Position numbers and translations under genes: made by a program
The notes under the pieces: generated by a model
Databases searched by the model: none
What the model saw: the letters and a program-made list of their open reading frames with translations, nothing else
Told to the model about the DNA's origin: nothing
Part shown: positions 1 through 8,352 of the stretch, piece by piece
Position numbering within the stretch: position 1 is the first letter of the stretch
Layout of the letters: each line of letters starts with the position of its first letter
Sequence record: SRR31156797_7258
DNA: 45,929 nt
Reading direction: 5' to 3' (one strand)

Positions 1-18
1 ATCCCTCTCTCTCCGCCA
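1..18 (+). tRNA. 3' end of a tRNA, probably tRNA-Ser (truncated by window edge)
   Basis: ATCCCTCTCTCTCCGCCA matches the T-arm 3' half, acceptor stem, discriminator G and CCA typical of GGAGAG-starting tRNA-Ser; a terminator follows directly. The anticodon is not visible. Confidence 0.7.
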
Positions 19-19
19 G

Positions 20-48
20 AAAAGCTGCTCGAATTGGGCAGCTTTTTT
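20..48 (+). terminator. Intrinsic terminator after the tRNA
   Basis: AAAAGCTGCTC-gaatt-GGGCAGCTTTT hairpin followed by a T run. Confidence 0.8.
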
Positions 49-101
49 CTTTTCAAAAAACAAAACAGAACCGGATATTCAATCCACTATCGAGAAACCC
101 T

Positions 102-165
102 CTGCCACCAAACTGTCACAACAAAAGTCAAAATGTCAGCAAAAGTCTGATGGCATACCCTTTGA
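102..165 (+). promoter_or_regulatory. Putative sigma54-like -24/-12 promoter of htpG with upstream TGTCA boxes
   Basis: TGGCATACCCTTTGA (151-165) is GG-N10-GA versus consensus GG-N10-GC; TGCCA/TGTCA/GTCA half-sites lie at 102-139. Confidence 0.45.
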
Positions 166-210
166 TTTGTCCTCGAAAATCAAAAAAACAGCACTAAAAA
201 CACAACAGAT

Positions 211-2121
211 ATGCAACAGGGAAAAATCAACGTACAAACGGAGAACATCTTTCCGATCATTAAAAAATTCCTCTATTCAGACCATGAGATCTTTTTGCGT
301 GAGCTCATTTCCAATGCCGTAGATGCCACTCAGAAACTGAAAACACTGGCCAGTTCTGGCCATTACAAGGACGAATTTGGGGACCTTACGATCCACGTTG
401 AGGTTGATAAGAAAAAGAAGACACTGACCATACGCGACCGCGGCATCGGTATGACAGCTGAAGAGGTGGATAAATACATTAACCAGATTGCTTTTTCGAG
501 TGCCGAGGAATTTGTAAAGAAATTTAAAACAAAATCAGAAGCTGAGCAAAATGCCATCATCGGACATTTTGGCCTTGGGTTTTATTCATCATTTATGGTT
601 TCTGATAAAGTTGAATTAATCACCAAAACCTATAAAAAAGGAGGCCCTACAAAACCTGTAAAATGGTCATGCGACGGCAGTCCGAATTATACCCTCGAAG
701 AAACCGTTAAAAAAGATCGCGGAACTGAGATCGTATTGCATATCAGCAAAGATGAGAAAGAGTTCCTGGAAGATTATAAAATCCGTGAACTCCTGAAGAA
801 ATACTGTAGCTTCCTTCCGGTGCCAATCCAGTTTGGGATGAAAAAGGAAAGTGTGAAGGTTGAAGGCGAAAAAGACAAGGATGGAAACGACAAGTACACC
901 GAAATCGAAAAGCCGGACATCATCAACAATACCGACCCGCTTTGGAAAAAGATGCCTGCTGACCTGAAGGAAGAGGACTACAAAGCTTTCTACCGCGAGC
1001 TTTACCCGATGAATTTTGAGGAGCCGCTTTTCCAGATTCATCTTAATGTGGATTATCCATTTAACCTTACGGGTGTGCTCTATTTCCCCAAAGTGAAGAA
1101 AAACCTTGAAGTTCAGCGTGATAAAATTCAGCTCTACTCAAACCAGGTTTTTGTTACCGACTCGGTTGAAGGTATTGTTCCTGATTTCCTCACACTCCTC
1201 CATGGTGTGCTTGACTCACCTGATATTCCGCTCAACGTTTCGAGGAGCTATCTGCAAAGCGACAGAAGGGTTAAACAGATTTCCAATCATATCATGAAAA
1301 AGGTATCTGACAAACTCGAAGAAATCTTTAAAAACGATCGCGAGCAGTTCGAAAAGAAATGGGACGACATCAAAGTATTCATCGAGTATGGAATGATTTC
1401 AGAAGATAAATTCTATGATAAAGGCACCAAGTTCTGCCTCCTGAAAAACGCCGAAGGCAAATACTTTACCCTGGATGAGTATAAGGATAAAATCAAGGAA
1501 AACCAGAAGGATAAGGATAAAAAGGTTGTTTACCTATATGCAACGGATAAAGATGAGCAGCACGCCTACATCGAAGCTGCCAAAGAAAAAGGCTACGATG
1601 TGCTGATCATGGACGGAGTTTTGGATAACCACTTCATTAACACGTTGGAGCAAAAATTCGAGAATACATCTTTTGCCCGTGTGGATGCAGACACTATCGA
1701 TAACCTGATCAAGAAAAGTGATGATAAAGTCCCGTCGAAGCTTGACGAAAAGCAGCAGGAAAAAATCAAACCACTATTCGAAGAAGCTGTGGACAAAAAC
1801 AAATTTACTGTACAGTTTAATAACCTCAGCGAAACCGACCTTCCTGTTCTGATTACGCAGCCGGAGTTTATGCGCCGTATGAAAGATATGTCGGCCATTG
1901 GTGGAGGTGGTGGAATGATGGGTATGGGGAACCTGCCCGACAGCTACAACCTCGTGGTTAATGCCAACCATCCGCTGGTTTATAAAATGGCACAGGAAGA
2001 AGCTGAGGGAAATAGTAAAAAAATGGCCAAGCAACTTACCGATTTGGCTTTACTATCGCAAAACCTGCTAAAAGGTGAGGAACTTACAAATTTCATCAAA
2101 CGCAGTGTTGAAATATTATAA
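211..2121 (+). CDS. htpG: Molecular chaperone HtpG (Hsp90)
   Basis: IFLRELISNAVDA, DRGIGMT, IGHFGLGFYSSFMV and PLNVSRSYLQ Hsp90 motifs; 636 aa. Confidence 0.98.
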   Translation: MQQGKINVQTENIFPIIKKFLYSDHEIFLRELISNAVDATQKLKTLASSGHYKDEFGDLTIHVEVDKKKKTLTIRDRGIGMTAEEVDKYINQIAFSSAEEFVKKFKTKSEAEQNAIIGHFGLGFYSSFMVSDKVELITKTYKKGGPTKPVKWSCDGSPNYTLEETVKKDRGTEIVLHISKDEKEFLEDYKIRELLKKYCSFLPVPIQFGMKKESVKVEGEKDKDGNDKYTEIEKPDIINNTDPLWKKMPADLKEEDYKAFYRELYPMNFEEPLFQIHLNVDYPFNLTGVLYFPKVKKNLEVQRDKIQLYSNQVFVTDSVEGIVPDFLTLLHGVLDSPDIPLNVSRSYLQSDRRVKQISNHIMKKVSDKLEEIFKNDREQFEKKWDDIKVFIEYGMISEDKFYDKGTKFCLLKNAEGKYFTLDEYKDKIKENQKDKDKKVVYLYATDKDEQHAYIEAAKEKGYDVLIMDGVLDNHFINTLEQKFENTSFARVDADTIDNLIKKSDDKVPSKLDEKQQEKIKPLFEEAVDKNKFTVQFNNLSETDLPVLITQPEFMRRMKDMSAIGGGGGMMGMGNLPDSYNLVVNANHPLVYKMAQEEAEGNSKKMAKQLTDLALLSQNLLKGEELTNFIKRSVEIL

Positions 2122-2167
2122 CTTACATTATATAATATCATGTTAAATATTAAATAATTTTGATTTG

Positions 2168-2207
2168 ATGGCGTTGTTTGTGTGGAAAGCAGACAACGCC
2201 ATTTTTT
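2168..2207 (+). terminator. Intrinsic terminator of htpG
   Basis: ATGGCGTTGTTTG...CAGACAACGCCAT stem followed by TTTTT. Confidence 0.8.
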
Positions 2208-2242
2208 ATTCTATTTTATGATCTGAAAACCTTACTTTACAT

Positions 2243-2728
2243 ATGTTTTACCCCCCCCAGGAAATAACCAGTGAATACATCCAGAAGGAAGACCTTGCCG
2301 ATATTAAACAAGCCATTTTAAACGCAGAACTCGACACTTCGTCAGAATTCAGGGTTCACATCGAAGAAACCTGTGCAGGCGATGTATTGCGACGTGCTTC
2401 TGACGTTTTCCTTGAACTTGGCATGCACAAAACCTCTCAGCGAAATGCCGTGCTTTTTTATGTGGCTTTGAAAAACCGGAAATTTGCTATCATTCCAGAT
2501 TATGGCATACTGGAAAAAGACACTGAACATTTTTGGGAAACACTAAAAATGGAATTGCTGGACTATTTTCGTGAGAACGATTTTTCCGATGGCCTTATCC
2601 ATGGAATTGGTCGCACTGCCGACTTTCTTCGGCGAGTGTTCCCATTTCAAAAAAGGGATACCAATGAATTACCCAATGATATCTCATTCGGGCAGAAATC
2701 GGAGAATTTATCTGAGGTACGAAAGTAA
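2243..2728 (+). CDS. TPM domain protein (TLP18.3/Psb32/MOLO-1 family)
   Basis: AE.DTSSEFRVHIE, F..LGMHKT..RNAVLFYVA...RKFAI..D.GI and NELPNDIS signature. Confidence 0.88.
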   Translation: MFYPPQEITSEYIQKEDLADIKQAILNAELDTSSEFRVHIEETCAGDVLRRASDVFLELGMHKTSQRNAVLFYVALKNRKFAIIPDYGILEKDTEHFWETLKMELLDYFRENDFSDGLIHGIGRTADFLRRVFPFQKRDTNELPNDISFGQKSENLSEVRK

Positions 2729-2894
2729 TTTGACAGTACCTGCAGGTATTGCAAGATGTTCAATTTGCTATACCACAACGAATGCAAATATTTCAGGGTT
2801 TTGAATATGGCAGGTTTGATAAAATTAATAAATGCATCTGCTAATTATGCAGAAAAAGTTAATATATTAGCCCAAATTTAAACATTAGAGAATT

Positions 2895-3287
2895 ATGAGT
2901 TCATTTAAAAAAGTAAAAGAGTACCTTATGGAACTTGATTACAACATTCTATCCGAAGACCTTGGCGAAGAATTGTTTGTAGTCGAAAAGGAGGACTCGG
3001 GAATCAGCCAGTTAATCGTCGACTGCGAAGAACCCATCCTTATTATCGAATATCCGCTTTTTAAAATCAGTAAAGGTGGTGAAGATCTGTATAAGGAATT
3101 GCTCATGAAAAACCGGGACATCATACATGGTGCATTTGCGCTTGCCGATGAAAACACCCTGATATTCCGCGATACACTTCAGCTCGAAAACCTCGATATG
3201 AACGAACTGGACGGCACGCTGGAATCACTCGAATTATTGCTCGCCGAATATGGTGACAGAATTATTGAAATATCAAAACAACAATAA
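2895..3287 (+). CDS. CesT/Tir-like (YbjN-like) chaperone-fold protein
   Basis: 130 aa and acidic, with LLMKNRDIIHGAFAL...FRDTLQLENLD; lies directly upstream of pspA. Confidence 0.75.
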   Translation: MSSFKKVKEYLMELDYNILSEDLGEELFVVEKEDSGISQLIVDCEEPILIIEYPLFKISKGGEDLYKELLMKNRDIIHGAFALADENTLIFRDTLQLENLDMNELDGTLESLELLLAEYGDRIIEISKQQ

Positions 3288-3289
3288 CC

Positions 3290-3997
3290 ATGGGATTATT
3301 CAACAGATTGTTTAAAGTGGGACAATCGGAAGCCCACGCCGTAGTTGACAAGCTCGAAAATCCGATTAAAATGACCGAGCAGGGAATTCGCGAACTGAAA
3401 AAAGACCTCGAAAAAAGCATGGAAGCCATGGCTGAGGTCAAAGCAGTTGCCATTCGCACCAAGCGCGAACTAACCGACCATCAAAACAGATCAATTTCAT
3501 ACGAAAATAAAGCGGTTCAACTTTTAAAAAGTGCTGAATCAGGAAGAATTTCACCAGAGGAAGCAGACAGATTAGCCACCGAAGCACTGAACAAAAAACA
3601 GGATGCTGAAAGAGGAGCTGAAACAGCTAAAGCCCAGTATCAGCAACTCCAGGGCCAAATCAACCAGTTGAACGGTAACGTGGATAAACTCAAATCGAAT
3701 ATATCGAAATACGAAAATGAGTTGAAGATGCTGAAAGCCCGTCACCGCGTTAGCAGCGCCACATCAAAACTCAATAAATCGCTGGCCAATGTTGACAGCA
3801 ACGGAACAATATCCATGTTGGAGAAGATGAAAGATAAAGTTGACCAGCAGGAATCGCTTGCAGAAGCTTATGGTGAAATGGCCTCAGAGACCACAAGTGT
3901 GGATGATGAAATCGATAAAGTGCTTGGTGAGTCATCAAGCCTTCAATCCAGTGGAGAACTGGCTGCATTAAAGGAACGCCTTCAGTTAAAAGGTTAA
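3290..3997 (+). CDS. pspA: PspA/IM30 (ESCRT-III-like) family protein
   Basis: N-terminal amphipathic MGLFNRLFKV, LENPIKMTEQ.IRE, long coiled coil, LEKMKDKVDQQE..AEA and C-terminal LAALKERL. Confidence 0.93.
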   Translation: MGLFNRLFKVGQSEAHAVVDKLENPIKMTEQGIRELKKDLEKSMEAMAEVKAVAIRTKRELTDHQNRSISYENKAVQLLKSAESGRISPEEADRLATEALNKKQDAERGAETAKAQYQQLQGQINQLNGNVDKLKSNISKYENELKMLKARHRVSSATSKLNKSLANVDSNGTISMLEKMKDKVDQQESLAEAYGEMASETTSVDDEIDKVLGESSSLQSSGELAALKERLQLKG

Positions 3998-4000
3998 ACC

Positions 4001-4546
4001 ATGAAATTCAATTTCTTTAAAAAGAAGAAAAAGGAACCTGATTACGATCCGCTCAACATAAAAGTTACGGATCTGAAAAAAGGCTTTATTTTTGAATATG
4101 ACCTTAAAACCTGGGAGGTGGTTGAAGAATACACCTACGATTGGGGCGACAATTATTTTAGCAAGGAATACAAAATTACCTCAGGCTCAGACATTCTTTT
4201 TATGAGTGTAGATGACGATGATGTGATAGAGATAACACTGCAAAAAAAGATAAAGTTGTCATCCATCGATGGGGATATAGAAGGTGAGATTGTCAGGAAC
4301 AAAATACCACCCAAAAAGATCGTTTATCGTGGCGTTGATTATTACCGCGACAGCGAATCACCCGGGTATTTTAAGGAAGAAGATTCTGACAAGGATTGGC
4401 TTGAATTGATAAGCTGGTCGTATTATAATGAAGAAGAAGATCGCGTTTTATCCATCGAGCAATGGGACGACCGGGAATTTGAAGCAGCTTATGGAAAGGT
4501 GATCAAGGAATTCGAGATTAACAATATCATGCCTTCCGGAAACTAA
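4001..4546 (+). CDS. DUF4178 domain protein
   Basis: Acidic, Trp/Tyr-rich beta protein (WEVV..Y.YDW, LSIEQWD); typical pspA neighbour. Confidence 0.7.
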   Translation: MKFNFFKKKKKEPDYDPLNIKVTDLKKGFIFEYDLKTWEVVEEYTYDWGDNYFSKEYKITSGSDILFMSVDDDDVIEITLQKKIKLSSIDGDIEGEIVRNKIPPKKIVYRGVDYYRDSESPGYFKEEDSDKDWLELISWSYYNEEEDRVLSIEQWDDREFEAAYGKVIKEFEINNIMPSGN

Positions 4547-4550
4547 CTCA

Positions 4551-4587
4551 GTATTCATGCTATGACTTGAAGTCATAGCATGAATAC
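4551..4587. repeat. Perfect 18-bp inverted repeat (37-bp palindrome) inside the psp operon
   Basis: GTATTCATGCTATGACTT-G-AAGTCATAGCATGAATAC followed by GTTTTTT. Confidence 0.9.
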
Positions 4588-4616
4588 GTTTTTATTAACC
4601 AAAAAACACACACAAT

Positions 4617-5366
4617 ATGAAAAAACACAAACTATTTTTCTCATCTATCATGGCATTTCTGCTAATAATTGTGGCAGGTTGTGGTGGTGGGAACCGTTAC
4701 ATGGAAGAAGGGCTTGATACCGTAATCAAGCAATACAGAGATACACCCACCTATACAATTCTTCTGTATGATCAAAATTACGAAAGTGGGAAATACCAAC
4801 ATCAATACCAGGTACTCATCCCAAAAACCGATTCTACGATCGAAACCATCGAAACACCTTTTTACCAGGTTTCCGACCGGTTTTTCGATGCACATGTGGA
4901 TCATCTGGGTATGGAACTGGCCAATAAGAAAGATGGGAAACTTACGAAATCAGTAGCACCTGCAGGATATTCCCAGTATGTGGGTAATGAAAAATATGGG
5001 CGTTGGGTTCAGCGTGATGGTGGTAGTTTTTGGGAATTCTATGGGAAATTCGCTTTTATGAGTGCTATGTTCAACATGTTTTCATCTCCGGCAAGATATG
5101 GATACTATAACGACTACCGCAGAAATTATGCACCAACCGGCAGAACTTACCGCGGGCCAAACAATTATTATGGCACACAATCCTATATGAAGTCCAACAA
5201 TGGCAGGACATCTACTTGGAACAACAAACCCAGTTCATTCAGAAATGATGTTAGGTCAAGGGTTAAAAAAAGCAGCACTGCCAGCCGTAATAAGATAAGT
5301 CGTTCATCAAACCGTTATTCGAACAAATCAAGCAGCAGGTCAAGAAGTGGTGGATTTGGGAAGTAA
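4617..5366 (+). CDS. Lipoprotein with Ser/Arg-rich C-terminal tail ending SRSGGFGK
   Basis: Signal peptide with lipobox VAGC; low-complexity basic tail resembling DUF1190/YgiB-type GGFG tails. Confidence 0.8.
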   Translation: MKKHKLFFSSIMAFLLIIVAGCGGGNRYMEEGLDTVIKQYRDTPTYTILLYDQNYESGKYQHQYQVLIPKTDSTIETIETPFYQVSDRFFDAHVDHLGMELANKKDGKLTKSVAPAGYSQYVGNEKYGRWVQRDGGSFWEFYGKFAFMSAMFNMFSSPARYGYYNDYRRNYAPTGRTYRGPNNYYGTQSYMKSNNGRTSTWNNKPSSFRNDVRSRVKKSSTASRNKISRSSNRYSNKSSSRSRSGGFGK

Positions 5367-5493
5367 AGAAGTTTTGACCTGGAGGTTATGAGTTGTGATA
5401 TAAAATTGAATTGACAACAATTGATTTACAAATCATAATGTAATACGACTTTTTACGCTAGTTCATTTTAAATTACCACAAACATTATACATC

Positions 5494-6399
5494 ATGGAAC
5501 AATATATATCAAATGAAAACCTTGCTCTGGCGCTGGATACAATGATCTACCTGGCTAGTGCTTTTATGCTGTTTTTTATCGGGAAAAAGGCCTACGATAT
5601 CACGTACAAGAAAATTGACATCAAAAGTGAGTTGGTTAAAAAAGACAATCTTGCGTTCGCACTTTCAAACGTAGGCTTTTATATTGGCCTGCTGCTGGCT
5701 ATTGGCAGCGTGATTATCGGGCCATCTTCAGGAATATTTATGGACCTGGCTCTCATTTTTATTTTCGGAATACAGGCTATTATTCTGTTGCTTTTTTCAG
5801 CCATCATCATGGATAAGGTGATCCTGGCAAAGTTTAGCACAACCAAAGAAATTGTGGAAGATCAGAATCCGGGAACGGGTGTTGTGGTTGCCGCTAATTT
5901 CATTGCCTCCGGATTAATTATTGCCGGTGCTATGATTGGTGACTGGGTGGATTTTTTCCCGGAAATGGCTGGAGGAAAAACCATTTCAGGCATTATTTCG
6001 GCGACAGTTTTCTGGATAACCGGTCAATTAGTCATGTTTTTGGCTTCATGGGTTTATAATCTGATCACTCCATACAACATCCATGAGCACATCGAAAAAG
6101 ATAATGTTGCCGTTGGAATCGGTTTTGCCGGAGCACTTGTTGCAATGGCCGTACTTATCAGCCACGCCACTTCAGGAGATTTTTTCAGTTGGCAGGATCA
6201 TTTCACCAAAGTGGGTATCGAAGTCGTGATCGGCTTTATTTTCCTTCCGGTTGTCAGGTTGATTACCGACAAGATTTTACTGCCGGGCGAGAAACTAACC
6301 GATGAGATTGTAAACCAGGAAAAGCCAAATATCGGTGCCTCAATCATAGAAGCTTTTGCTTACGTTGGCGGAGCTGTTTTAATAACCTGGTGTTTGTAA
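5494..6399 (+). CDS. DUF350 (YjfL-like) membrane protein with duplicated domain
   Basis: About 8 TM helices; repeated DIKSELVKKDNLAFAL, EIVEDQNPGTG, HEHIEKDNVAVG and EIVNQEKPNIGAS motifs. Confidence 0.85.
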   Translation: MEQYISNENLALALDTMIYLASAFMLFFIGKKAYDITYKKIDIKSELVKKDNLAFALSNVGFYIGLLLAIGSVIIGPSSGIFMDLALIFIFGIQAIILLLFSAIIMDKVILAKFSTTKEIVEDQNPGTGVVVAANFIASGLIIAGAMIGDWVDFFPEMAGGKTISGIISATVFWITGQLVMFLASWVYNLITPYNIHEHIEKDNVAVGIGFAGALVAMAVLISHATSGDFFSWQDHFTKVGIEVVIGFIFLPVVRLITDKILLPGEKLTDEIVNQEKPNIGASIIEAFAYVGGAVLITWCL

Positions 6400-6418
6400 A
6401 TCCGGCCATACCCCATTT

Positions 6419-7966
6419 TTGAAAAACAAAGCTTTCATACTTAAGCTGGCATTGTTTGCGACAGGTTTATCCGGAATCGTCGCCGAATACATCCTCGCCA
6501 CACTTGCCAGCTATTTCCTCGGTGATTCAATTGTTCAGTGGGCCTTGATCATTTCGTTGATGTTGTTCTTTATGGGGCTTGGCAGCAGGGTTACCAAGTA
6601 CGTTAAAAAGAACATTTTTCAGCTTTTCATTTTTACAGAATTCACACTTTCACTATTCGTATCTTATTCGGCTTTGCTGGCCTACTCAACGGCTGCATTA
6701 AGCATCTACACCGGAGTACTTATCTATTTAATGGCCATGATCACGGGATTGCTGATCGGCATGGAATTACCCCTGGCTGTGCGGTTAAACGAAAGCTTTG
6801 AAGAACTAAGGGTAAATATTTCCAGCATCCTGGAGAAGGACTATTATGGGAGCCTCCTGGGAGGATTATTTTTTGCTTTTGTCGGCCTCCCCTACCTTGG
6901 CCTGACATATACCCCGTTTTTACTTGGACTTGTAAATCTGGTGGTGGCGATCGCTATGCTCAATTTTTTTCCTACAATTTTGAAAAGGAATACAAGGCTC
7001 AAGTTGAATTTTGCAGCCCTCGTAGTGCTGTTGGTAATTGGACTGGGAATTTTTAACGCAAAAAATATCATCTTTTTTGGCGAACAAAAAAAGTACAAGG
7101 ATAAAATTGTTTATACCGAACAATCAAAGTACCAAAAGATTGTGATCACAGAATGGCGTGACGATCACTGGCTTTATTTAAATGGGAACCTCCAGCTGTC
7201 AACTTATGATGAAGCCCTGTATCATGAGGTACTGGTTCATCCGGCAATGGCCATATGCAAAACACCTGAAAACGTACTCATTCTTGGAGGTGGTGATGGT
7301 TGTGCTGCCCGCGAAGTTTTGAAACACAATAATGTGCGTGATATTACACTGGTCGACCTGGACCCTGCCATGACAGACCTGGCTAAAAACCACCCCGTCC
7401 TGCTGCAGGCCAACGACAGCTCACTATTTCATAATAAAGTTACAATCATCAATAAAGACGCCTACAAGTTTCTTGAAGATTCTAAACAGTTTTTCGATCT
7501 GATCATCATCGATCTTCCCGATCCACGCAATGTGGAATTGTCCAGACTTTATTCCCTGGAGTTTTACACTTTGTGCCGCCGCCATCTTAGACCAAACGGT
7601 GTACTGATCACCCAGGCCGGAAGTCCTTACTATGCTGCACAAAGTTTTAATTGTATATTAAAAACTATTGAAGCAGCCGGATTTTCTGCCATCCCAATGC
7701 ACAATCAGGTTTTAACCATGGGTGAATGGGGCTGGGTGCTGGCTGTAAATCAGCCTGATGTGGAAGATCACAGGATAATCGATGCACTTAAAAACAATGA
7801 TTTTGAAAACATTGAAACGCGGTGGATCAACAAAGAAGCCATGAATTTGGTCACTTCATTTGGGAAAAACTATTTTTTAAAAATCAATGACTCAATCAGG
7901 GTTAATAAAGTTCATGATCCGGTTTTATACCGGTATTACCTGAATGGTTCCTGGGATGTATACTAA
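6419..7966 (+). CDS. speE: Membrane-anchored polyamine aminopropyltransferase (spermidine synthase-like with N-terminal TM domain)
   Basis: About 7 N-terminal TM helices, then SKYQKI, LYLNGNLQ, YHEVLVHP, LILGGGDG, VDLDP and DLPDP; TTG start. Confidence 0.92.
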   Translation: MKNKAFILKLALFATGLSGIVAEYILATLASYFLGDSIVQWALIISLMLFFMGLGSRVTKYVKKNIFQLFIFTEFTLSLFVSYSALLAYSTAALSIYTGVLIYLMAMITGLLIGMELPLAVRLNESFEELRVNISSILEKDYYGSLLGGLFFAFVGLPYLGLTYTPFLLGLVNLVVAIAMLNFFPTILKRNTRLKLNFAALVVLLVIGLGIFNAKNIIFFGEQKKYKDKIVYTEQSKYQKIVITEWRDDHWLYLNGNLQLSTYDEALYHEVLVHPAMAICKTPENVLILGGGDGCAAREVLKHNNVRDITLVDLDPAMTDLAKNHPVLLQANDSSLFHNKVTIINKDAYKFLEDSKQFFDLIIIDLPDPRNVELSRLYSLEFYTLCRRHLRPNGVLITQAGSPYYAAQSFNCILKTIEAAGFSAIPMHNQVLTMGEWGWVLAVNQPDVEDHRIIDALKNNDFENIETRWINKEAMNLVTSFGKNYFLKINDSIRVNKVHDPVLYRYYLNGSWDVY

Positions 7967-8051
7967 ATGACCCTTACAAGATGGAATAAATTGAAGTCTG
8001 TTATTTTATAAATTTGTAATTGAAATCCAAGCATTTCTAAACAGCATATTA

Positions 8052-8342
8052 ATGAAAGCCGAAATATTTAATTATCATGGATGGATACCTGAAACCCTGC
8101 CGGAAAAGGTAAAGAAATTAATGGAGACATTATTGGAATCTTCAGGATTTACCGTTCTTGATAAAGTTGAACATAACTTTAATCCTGATGGCTTCACAGC
8201 CGTCTGGATTTTGGCAGAAAGCCACCTTGCAGTACATTCATTTCCTGAAGAAAACAAAACCTATATAGAAATCAGCAGTTGCAACAAACAAAAAAATGAT
8301 GCCTTTGTGGAAAAGGTAAGGAATTTGATTTTAAGAGATTAG
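8052..8342 (+). CDS. speD: S-adenosylmethionine decarboxylase proenzyme (short, class 1B)
   Basis: HNFNPDGFTAVWILAE/SHLAVHSFPE pyruvoyl self-cleavage site; CN motif. Confidence 0.88.
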   Translation: MKAEIFNYHGWIPETLPEKVKKLMETLLESSGFTVLDKVEHNFNPDGFTAVWILAESHLAVHSFPEENKTYIEISSCNKQKNDAFVEKVRNLILRD

Positions 8343-8352
8343 CCTACACCTT

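Noticed and set aside
2800-2880. Sigma54 promoter for the pspA operon (TGGCAGG at ~2808)
   Set aside because: There is no GC or TTG at the -12 position (GG-N10-AA) and no PspF-like activator nearby.
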